Positions 34,911 to 44,512 of a stretch of 44,512 nucleotides of DNA are shown here, piece after piece (position 1 is the stretch's first letter; each line of letters opens with the position of its first letter). A program made the translations under genes and the position numbers. A model generated the notes under the pieces. The model did not search any database. It saw nothing but the letters and a program-made list of their open reading frames with translations, and was not told the origin of the DNA. Source of the DNA: Chiloscyllium plagiosum (Eukaryota); assembly GCF_004010195.1 (NCBI RefSeq), contig NC_057754.1, forward strand, positions 1,028,124-1,072,635, given 5' to 3'.

Positions 34911-36140
34911 TTAAATACCCTATATCCCCATTAAATACCCTATATCCCCATTAAATACCCTATATCCCCATTAAATACCCTATATCCCCATTAAATACCC
35001 TATATCCCCATTAAATACCCTATATCCCCATTAAATACCCTATATCCCCATTAAATACCCTATATCCCCATTAAATACCCTATATCCCCATTAAATACCC
35101 TATATCCCCATTAAATACCCTATATCCCCATTAAATACCCTATATCCCCATTAAATACCCTATATCCCCATTAAATACCCTATATCCCCATTAAATACCC
35201 TATATCCCCATTAAATACCCTATATCCCCATTAAATACCCTATATCCCCATTAAATACCCTATATCCCCATTAAATACCCTATATCCCCATTAAATACCC
35301 TATATCCCCATTAAATACCCTATATCCCCATTAAATACCCTATATCCCCATTAAATACCCTATATCCCCATTAAATACCCTATATCCCCATTAAATACCC
35401 TATATCCCCATTAAATACCCTATATCCCCATTAAATACCCTATATCCCCATTAAATACCCTATATCCCCATTAAATACCCTATATCCCCATTAAATACCC
35501 TATATCCCCATTAAATACCCTATATCCCCATTAAATACCCTATATCCCCATTAAATACCCTATATCCCCATTAAATACCCTATATCCCCATTAAATACCC
35601 TATATCCCCATTAAATACCCTATATCCCCATTAAATACCCTATATCCCCATTAAATACCCTATATCCCCATCAAATATCCTTTATCCCCATTAAATACCC
35701 TATATCCCCATTAAATACCCTAAATCCCCATTAAATACCCTAAACCCTCATCAAATTCCCTAAACCCTCATCAAATATCCTTTATCCCCATTAAATACCC
35801 TATATCCCCATCAAATACCCTATATCCCCATTAAATACCCTATATCCCCATCAAATTCCCTATATCCCCATTAAATACCCTATATCCCCATTAAATTCCC
35901 TAAACCCTCATCAAATACCCTATATCCCCATCAAATTCCCTAAATCCCCATTAAATACCCTATATCCCCATTAAATTTCCTAAACCCTCATCAAATACCC
36001 TATATCCCCATCAAATTCCCTAAACCCCCATCAAATACCCTATATCATCATCAAATTCCCTAAACCCTCATCAAATACCCTATATCCTCATCAAATTCCC
36101 TAAACCCTCATCAAATACCCTATATCCTCATCAAATGCCC
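34911..36140. repeat. 20-bp tandem satellite TTAAATACCCTATATCCCCA: 38 perfect copies (34911-35670), then variant units
   Basis: Read directly; degenerate continuation at about 36340-36450, 37725-38310 and 39640-40105. Confidence 0.97.
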
Positions 36141-36457
36141 CAAACATTTTCACACAGAGCTGCCAGAGAAAAGTACAGTTATCGCATTTAAAATATATTT
36201 GGATGGGTATCTGAGTAGGAAAAGTTTAGAGGGATATGGGCCAAATACAGGCAAATCGGATTAGTTTAGTTTGGGAAACTAGGTTGGCATGGACGAGTTG
36301 GACCGAAGGGTCTGTTTCCATGATGTTTGACTCTATAAGCCCCTATCAAATACTTTAAATCCCCATCAAACACGCAATGTCACCATCAAATACCTTAAAC
36401 CCTCATCAAACACCCAATATCACCATCAAATATCCTAAACCCGCATTAAATAGAATA

Positions 36458-37725
36458 ATCAGTGCTGCATCCACTGCTTTTCGTCATTTATATAAATGAT
36501 TTGGATGTGAACATAGGAGGTATAATTAATAAGTTTGCAGATGACATCAAAATTGGAGGTGTAGTGGACAGCGAAGAAGGTTATCTCAGAGTACAATGGG
36601 ATCTTGATCAGATGGGGCCAATGGGCTGAGAAGTGGCAGATGGGATTTAGTTTAGATAAATATGAGGTGCCCAGGCAAATCAGGGCCACACTTATACACT
36701 TAATGGTAAGGTCCTGGGGAGTGTTACTGAACAAAGACACCTTGGAATGCAGGTTTGTTTTTTTGTTGAAAGCCAAGTTTCAGCTGGAGAGGAGTGGGAA
36801 GAAGGCATTTGGTATGCTTGCCTTTATTGGTCAGAGCACTGAGTGTAGAAGTTGGTGGGTCATGTTGCAGCTGTACAGGATGTTGCTGAGGCCACTTTTG
36901 GAATATTGTGTGAAATTCTGACCTCCCACAGGAAGAATGTTATGAAACTTGAAAAGGTTTAGAAAGATTTACAAGGATGTTGCCAGAGTTGGAAGATGTG
37001 AGCTGTAGGGGAGGCTGAATAGGCTGGGGATGTTTTCCCTGGAGTATCAGAGGCTGAGGGGTGACCTTATAGGGGTTTATAAAATCATGAGGGGCATGGA
37101 TAGGATAAATAGACAAGGTCTTTTCCACAGGGTTGGGGGAGCCTAAAACTAGCGCGCATTGGCTTAGGGTGAGAACGGAAAGATTTAAAAGGGACCTAGA
37201 GGCAATTCTGTTCGCAAAGGATGGTGTGTGTGTGGAATGAACTGACTAGATTAGATCACTTACAGTGTGGAAACAGACCCTTTGGCCCAACACGTCCACA
37301 CCGACCCGCAATCCACCCATACCCCTACATTTGCCCCTTACCTAACACTACGGGCAATTTAGCATGGCCAATTCACCTGACCTGCGCATCTTTGGACTGT
37401 GGGAGGAAACCGGAGCACCCGGAGGAAACCCGCGCAGACACGGGGAGAATGTGCAAACTCCACACAGTCAGTCACCTGAGGTGGGAATTGAACCCGGGTC
37501 TCTGGCGCTGTGAGGCAGCAGTGCTAACCGCTGTGCCACCGACAGTGGAGGCTGGTTCAATGATAACATTTAACAGGCATCTGGATGGGGACATGAATAG
37601 GAAGGGTTTAGAGGGATATGGGCCAAGTGCTGGCAAATGGGATTAGATTAGGTTAGGATATCTGGTCGGCGTGGATGAGTTGGAGCCAAGTGTTTGTTTC
37701 TGTGCCGTACATCTCTATGACTCTA
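36458..37725 (+). mobile_element. HER1/CR1-like LINE fragment containing an antisense HE1 SINE (37246-37541)
   Basis: KFADDIKIGG, LYRMLLRPLLEYC and 3' tail; the SINE splits the VWNEL/VEAG region. Confidence 0.9.
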
Positions 37726-38534
37726 AATATCCCTAAACCCATATTAAATACTCTAAAGCCCAATCAAGTATCCTATATCCTCACCAAATATGTCCAACAC
37801 CCTATCAAATACCCCTAGGCCCCCATTATAAAGCTCCAAACACCATCAAATACCCTTAAACCCCCATAAAATACCTCTAAGCCCTGTCAAGTATCTCTCA
37901 ACTCTGTCAATTACCCTAAACCCTCATCAAATACAGCTAAATCCCATCAAATATCTCAATCCCCATTAAATACTGCTAAAACCCATCAAATTTCATAAAA
38001 CCCCCATCAAATGTCCCTAAACTCAATGAAATAACCCCAAACTCCATCAAATACTCTAAATCCTCATTGAATAACCCCAAACCCCATCAAATACCCTAAT
38101 TTATATCACTTCCCCATCAAATACCCTCAATTAGATTAGGATATATGGTCGGCATGGATCAGTTGGACTTTTTTCATGCTGTACATTTCTATGACTCCAT
38201 AAATACGCTTAAACACTGTCAAATATACCTAAATCCCCATCAAATACACACAAACCCCATTAAATACACCCACACACCATCCACACTCCTCAAAAACCCC
38301 CAACATTTTAAATTCTTTCATTGGATGTGGGCATCGCTGGATGGACCAGCACTTTGTTTCCTGTGCCTAATTGCCCCTTGAGAAGGTGAGGGTGAGCTGC
38401 CTTCTTGAACCTCTGCAGTCCATGTGCTGTGGGTAGACCCTTTGGGAGGGAATTCCAGGATTCCGACCCAGCCAGACTGAGGGAACGGTGAGATATTTCC
38501 AAGTCAGGAGGGTGAGTGGCTTGGAGGGGAACTT

Positions 38535-39110
38535 AGAACATAGAACAATACAACGCAGTATGGCCCTTCAGCCCTCGATGTTGCGCTGGGCTGTGAAATT
38601 AATCTGAAGCCCATCTAACCTACACTATTCTGTTCTTATCCATATGCCTATCCAATGACCATTTAAAAGTCCTTAAAGTTGGTGAGTCTACTACTGTTGC
38701 AGGCAGTGCGTTCCACAACCCTCCTACTCTCTGAGTAAAGAGACTACCTCTGACATCTGTCCTATATCTATCACCCCTCAATTTAAAGCTATGTCCCCTC
38801 GTGCTAGCCATCACCATCTGAGGAAAAATGCTCTCACTGTCCATTCTGTCTAACTCTCTGATTGTCTTATGTCTCAATTAAGTCAACTCTCAACCTTCTT
38901 CTCTCTGACGAAAACAGCCTCATGTCCCTCAGCCTTTCCTCGTAAGACCTTCCCTCCATACCAGGCAACATCCTAGTGATTCTCCTCTGAACCCTTTCCA
39001 AAGCTTCCACATCCTTCCTATAATGCGGTGACCAGAGCTGTACGCAATACTCCAAGTGCGGCCGCACCAGAGTTTTGTACAGCTGCAGCATGACCTTATG
39101 GCTCCGATCC
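38535..39110 (-). mobile_element. CR1-like LINE 3' fragment (distinct subfamily, AGAACAT tail repeat)
   Basis: LYKTLVRPHLEYCVQLWSPHYRKDVEALERVQRR, TRGHSFKL. Confidence 0.9.
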
Positions 39111-40194
39111 TTCTATCAATCCCTCTACCAATAAAAGTTCAACAAAACTTGCAGGGGGTGGTGTTCCCGTGTATCTGCCGCCCCCTTCTTTTCTAGATGG
39201 AAGTGGCCGTGGGTTTGGAAGGTGCTGCCTGAGGATCTTTGGTGAGTTTCTTGTAGCTGGTACACACTGCTGCTACTGAGCGTCGGTGGAGGGAGGGAGG
39301 GAGGGGGTGTTTGTGTGTGTGGGGCCAATCCAGCGGGGGCTGCTTTGTCCCTGGATGGTGTGGGGGGGGGGGGGGGTGTGGGGGGGGGGGGGGGGGGGGG
39401 GGGGGTTCAGTGATGGAAATGCCAATCAATGTCAAGGGGCAGTGATTAGATTGGTGCCACACAAATACCTTCACCAACAAGAGACAATGTTATTTGCCAC
39501 TTATTAGCCCAAGCCTGGCTATTGTCCAGATCTTGTTCCATTTGAACACAGACTGCTTCAGTATCTGAGGGGTGGTGAATGGTGCTGAACACTGTGCAAT
39601 CATCAGCAAACATCCCCACTTCTGACCTTATGATGGATCAACTCTCATCAAATACACCCAACCCCCCCATCATAAAGCCCCCCAGACTCTATCAGATATG
39701 CCTAAACTCCAGAATAAACCTCCTCTAACCTTTATCACATATCCCAAATCCCCAATATATTACCACCAAACGCCACCCACTGGTATCTAATCAAATATCC
39801 CCAATTTTCAGAAATTACCCCAAATTACATTAGATGGCTCCAGCTACATATCACATACCCCCAAACCTCATTGATACATCCAATCACATCATATAACTCC
39901 CAACTCCTCAGAAAATATCCCACAGCTGCCATCAGACAGCCTCCAAACCCCATCAAATACTTCAAGCTCCATCATAAACACCCAGCCTCAAAATATGTCC
40001 CCAATTATCCTCAAACTAAATTAGATAGCCCCACTCCCATTAAAACCCTTAAATGCCTTCCTATACCACCAAAACCCAGCAAATACCCCCTAATCTCAGC
40101 AAATACCAGGACTATGGCGTGACATGGGGATCAGTGCTGGGGCCACTGTTACTTAACAATAAATTTGAACAACTTAGAAAGGAAAAGTGATTGT

Positions 40195-40740
40195 ATATAG
40201 AGTCATACAACTGTACAGCACGGAAATAGACCCTTCAGTCCAACTCATCCATGCTGACCAGATATCCTAATCTAATCTAGTCTCATTTGCCAGCACTTGG
40301 CCCATATCCCTTTAAATTCCTGATGAAGGGCTCTGGCCTGAAACGTCGATTCTCCTGCTCCTTGGATGCTGCCTGACCTGCTGTGCTTTTCCAGCAACAC
40401 ACTCTCAACCCATATCCCTCCAAACCCTTCCTATTCATATACCCATCCAGATGCCTTTTAAATGCTGTAGTTATACCAGCCTCCACCACTTCCTCTGGCA
40501 GCTCATTGCACACACACATCAGCCTCTGCATGAAAAAGTTGCCCCTGGGGTCCCTTTTACATCTTTCCTCTCTCATCCTAAACCAATGCACTCTAGTTTT
40601 GGACTCTCCAACGCCTGGGAAAAAAACTTTATCCATTCATCCTATCCATGCCCCTGATGATTTTATAAACCTCTATAAGGTCACCCCTCAGCCTCTGAAG
40701 GTGCAGTGAAAATAGCCCCAGCCTATTCAGCCTCTCCCTT
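40195..40740 (-). mobile_element. HER1/CR1-like LINE 3' fragment with a nested family A insert (40312-40408)
   Basis: TSD CCCATATCCCT at 40301-40311 and 40409-40419; hammerhead core CTGATGA at 40320-40326. Confidence 0.88.
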
Positions 40741-41072
40741 TTGTTCCAACTTAAAATAAACTAAAGCCCTCACACATTGTTGACTGTAGCTGTCTTCAGT
40801 GCTCAGTACAAACTCTCTGCGAAAATCTTCCAGGATAAAATAGACATTTAAAGTGATAGTATAGTCGCAAAAGGTTGTAAAACCTCATTAAAACTGCGGG
40901 TAAACAAATGCCTCCAAACCACACCCCCCCCCCCTTACCCTGCTGCGTGAAGCCTAAAAAAATAGTGAAACTAAAACTATCTCACCCAATTTTTAACATG
41001 TGAAGTACAAATTACGTTTGAAGTCATACACTGTCACTCAATGTCATTGAAGGCAGATGAACTGGGTTTTTC

Positions 41073-41222
41073 TCACATTGCTGTTTGTGGGAGCTTGCTG
41101 TGCACTAACTGGCTGCTGGGTGTCCCACATTACGACAGCTGCTGCGCTTCAGAAATTCCTCGTGGGCTGAGAAGCGTTTTGGGGCGCCCTGCAGCGCTAT
41201 ATGAATGCAAGTTTTACTTTTT
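41073..41222 (+). mobile_element. DeuSINE (SacSINE1/AmnSINE1-like) 3' fragment
   Basis: cattgctgtttgtgggagcttgctgtgc...ggctgc...cattac...gcgctatatgaatgcaag resembles the Deu-domain end and tail. Confidence 0.65.
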
Positions 41223-41289
41223 GTCAGGATATTAAGAAGGGGAGGAATTGAGGTCCTTAAACTGAAACCAAACATCACATCATGATGTT

Positions 41290-42320
41290 TGTCATTGAAA
41301 TAAATGATTTGGGTGGGAATAAAGAAGGCATGGTTCGTAAGTTTGCAGACGACACCAGGACTGATGGCATAGTATACAGTGAAGAAGGGTTTCTAAGATT
41401 ACAAAGGGATCTTGATCAAATGAGTCAATGGACTGAAAAATGGTAAATGGAGTTCAATCTGGATAAATGTGAGGTGTTGCATTTTGGTCCAATAAACAAG
41501 GGCAGGGCTTTTTATGGTGGGGCCTTGGCTGGTGGTGTATGACAGAGGGATCTGGGGGTTCAGGTACATAATGCTTTGAAGTTTGCATCACATATAGACA
41601 GGAGGGTTAAGAAGGCATTTGGCACACTTACTCAGACCTTTGAGTACAGGGGATTGGGAACATCATGTTGGGGTTGTACAGGACATTGGTGTGGCCTCGT
41701 CTGGAATACCGTGCCCAGTTCTGGTCTCCCTGTTACAGGAAGGTTATTATTAAGCTGGAGAGGGTTCAGAAGAGATTTACCAGGATGTTGCTGGGAACGG
41801 AAGATTCAAGTTATAAAGAAAGGCTTGATAGGCTGGGACTTTTTTAACTGGAGTGTCGGAGGTTAAGAGGTGACCTTACAGAGGTTTATAAAACCATGGG
41901 GGGGCATGGATAGGGTTAATGGTAGTTGTCTGTTCCCTAGGGTGGGGGATTTCAAGAGTAGGGAACACATTTTTAAGGTGAGAGGGGAGAGAGATTTAAG
42001 AGAGACATGAGGGGCAAATCTTTTACCCAGAGGGTTGTTCGTGTGTGGAGTGAACTTCCTGAGGGAGTGGTGGGTGTGGGTCCATTTGGATAAGGACCTG
42101 GATAGGAAAGGACTGGAGGGAGATGGGCCAGGAGCAGGCAGCTGGGGCTAGTTTATGATTTGGAGATGCTGGTGTTGGACTGGGGTGTAAAAGTTAAAAA
42201 TCACACAACACCAGGTTATAGTCCAACAGCACTAGCTTTCGGAGTGACGCTCCTTCATCAGGTGGTTGTGGAGGACTGGTTGGGCTGAAGGGTCTGTTTC
42301 CGTGCTGTATGACTTTAAGT
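41290..42320 (+). mobile_element. HER1/CR1-like LINE fragment with a nested family B insert (about 42155-42275; hammerhead on - at 42230-42264)
   Basis: KFADDT, LYRTLVWPRLEY; minus strand CAC-CUGAUGA-A-GGAG-cguca-CUCC-GAAA-GC-UA-GUG. Confidence 0.87.
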
Positions 42321-43224
42321 GTTGTTTAGTTGGAGTGCTGGGTTTCAGACACAGGGAGGTCTCTCTGACCTACAGAGAAGGATTCAGTGCTGAGGCTGCT
42401 GGTGATGGATGGTTCGGCCACTGGAATTCACACCGATGCTACACCCACCTGCTGTCTCTTTGGAGTCCTCCTTCTGTCACGGCCCGTCATCTGTCTCTGT
42501 AGGTTACTCTCTCGAGCCTCCTGTTCTACCCCTGACTCCGCACTGGATCCACGACCTTTCCCGGTTCTGATAGAAGTTGTTGACCTGAAACTGAAATTGA
42601 AGTCTCTCTCGATGGGTCCCTGGGTTGAGCAGGTGGATCTGTGACTAGGGAGACAGGAAAATAGGCTGATGTTCTCTGTAGATATTCCCAGGGGGGGTGA
42701 GATGAACAGATGGTGATCTCATAACACAAATAACATTCACGTGTGGTTGACAGAATTGTTTCAGCGTAAAGGAGGCCATTCAGCTCATCGCATCTGTACT
42801 GGCTGGGCGCCCCTCCCCCCACACTCACAGACAGTACTTTCCAGACCCTAACCCCTCGAGTGAACCTCCCCCTCCCTCCCCCCACACTCTCAGACAGTAC
42901 ACTCCAGACCCTAACCCCTCAAGTCACTTGCTCTCATAGAAATGGAATGGTTGGTTACACCACAAAATCAAAACCAGGCAAAGCAAGAGGAAGTACATTT
43001 AATAAGAATTCTTGTCTCCTAAAATAAATGGTTTACTGGAGTTTTGATTTTCCATGGCATTTGCATGTGAACTCCTGTACCACTGCAGAAAGGTTGAGAC
43101 ATTCAGGTACTCTTGGATTACAGGAACCAGCAATGAGCTATCAACAATAAAATTTACTCCTTGGACCTTGAACCCTTCCACCCGGATAAAAAGAGTTCAG
43201 TACAATTGCATCTCTTCTACCTGT

Positions 43225-43436
43225 CATGATTTGGAGATGCTGGTGTTGGACTGGGGTTGTCAAAGTTAAAAATCACACAACACCAGGTTATAGTCCAACA
43301 GATTTATTTGGAAGCACACTAGCTTTTGAAATGCCGCACCTTCATCAGGTGGGTGTGGAGGAGCAGCGCTCTCAAAGCTAGTGCTTCCAATTAAACCTGT
43401 TGGACTATGACCTGGTGTTGTGTGATTTTTAACTTT
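43225..43436. mobile_element. Family B fold-back insert with decayed hammerheads
   Basis: Arms about 43262-43326 / 43374-43436; degenerate TSD tcttctacctgt / tcttctgccttt. Confidence 0.78.
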
Positions 43437-43624
43437 CTTCTGCCTTTTCCATTTTCTTTCTTTAGATTGGTGGCACTACACTGCCCATCATACTTATGCA
43501 CTGCCTTATTTTAATTCAGGCCTAGCCACAACGATGTACAGTCCTGAGAAATTCATGCCTTACTAAATTTGTATACTGGTCTCACCTAAATTTGTTTACA
43601 TTTCAGTTCACTGATGTGGCCTTG

Positions 43625-44290
43625 CATGAGCAAAGAGACCTTGGAGTGCAGGTTCATAGCTCCTTGAAAGTGGAGTCGCAGGTAGATAGGATAGTGAAGA
43701 AGGCGTTTGGTATGCTTTCCTTTATTGGTCAGAGTATTGAGTACAGGAGTTGGGAGGTCATATTGCAGCTGTATAGGACATTGGTTAGGCCACTGTTGGA
43801 ATATTGCATGCAATTCTTGTCTCCTTCCTATCGGAAAGATGTTATGAAACATGAAAGGGTTCATAAAAGATTTACAAGGATGTTGCCTGGGTTGGAGGAG
43901 GCTGTTTTCCTTGGAGCGCTGAGGCTGAGGGGTGACCTTATATAGGTTCATGAGGCGCTTGGATAAATAGACAAAGTCTTTTCCTTGCGGTGGAGGAGTC
44001 CAGAACTCGAGGGTATAGCTTTAGGATAAGAGGGGAAAGATATAAAAGAGATCTAAGGGGCAATTTTTTCACACAGAGGATGGTATGTGTATGGAATGAG
44101 CTGCCAGAGGGAGTGGTGGAGGCTGGTACAATTACAACATTTAAAAGGCATCTGGATGGGTACATGAATGGGAAAGGTTTGGAGGGATATGGGCCGGGTG
44201 CTGGCAGGTGGGACTAGATTGAGTTGGGATATCTGGTCGGCATGGACGGGTTAGACTGAAGGGTCTGTTTTCATGCTGTACATCTCTGTC
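43625..44290 (+). mobile_element. HER1/CR1-like LINE 3' fragment
   Basis: EQRDLGVQVHSSLKVESQVDRIVKKAFGML... plus tail. Confidence 0.92.
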
Positions 44291-44294
44291 AGAT

Positions 44295-44512
44295 GAATCT
44301 CCCCCTCCCCGCACATTGACAGACAATACATTGCAGACCCTAACTTCTCGAAGGAACCTCCCCCCCACACTCTCAGACAGTACACTCCAGACCCTAACCT
44401 CTCGAGTGAACCTCCCCTTCCCCCCCACACTCTCAGACAGATCACTCCAGATCCTAACCCCTCGAGTGAACCTCCGCTTCCCCCCCCACACTCTCAGACA
44501 GATCACTCCAGA
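44295..44512. repeat. About 60-bp tandem repeat running off the window (two further units at about 42812-42925)
   Basis: Unit ccccccacactctcagacagtacactccagaccctaacctctcgagtgaacctccccttc. Confidence 0.85.

Noticed and set aside
34911..35670. CRISPR-like array
   Set aside because: Head-to-tail 20-mers with no spacers, in eukaryotic DNA; it is a satellite
39362..39405. Poly-G tract as a functional G-quadruplex or poly-Pro ORF
   Set aside because: Homopolymer inside a LINE fragment; length unreliable and no supporting context
43466..43566. Plus-strand exon after the acceptor-like ttttctttctttag
   Set aside because: All frames close quickly, no recognisable product and no partner exon

Overview
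Vertebrate genomic DNA, almost certainly from a shark or other elasmobranch (inferred from HE1-like SINEs, HER1/CR1-like LINEs and a DeuSINE fragment). Two intact spliced genes converge tail-to-tail. The first is a 4-exon cofilin on + (CDS 7758-14895, 167 aa, ATG-only first exon; CFL1 by synteny, but divergent). The second is a 13-exon SNX32 on - (CDS 34217-18016, 405 aa, one GC-AG intron). Each has a CpG-rich promoter. The rest is mostly repeats: CR1-clade LINE fragments, SINEs, two TA-flanked MITEs, a recently homogenised 20-bp satellite abutting the SNX32 promoter, and other minisatellites. The most notable non-genic signal is a set of short Penelope-like-element (PLE)-derived inserts from three families, plus a degenerate motif on a PLE coding remnant. 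Several have 11-14 bp target-site duplications, several are fold-back inverted repeats, and they carry minimal hammerhead-ribozyme motifs (CUGAnGA-A-stem II-GAAA-palindromic stem III). One forms a perfect 86-bp hairpin inside cofilin intron 1. Exon coordinates were read by hand. Repeat boundaries are approximate, and family names come from recognition, not database searches.
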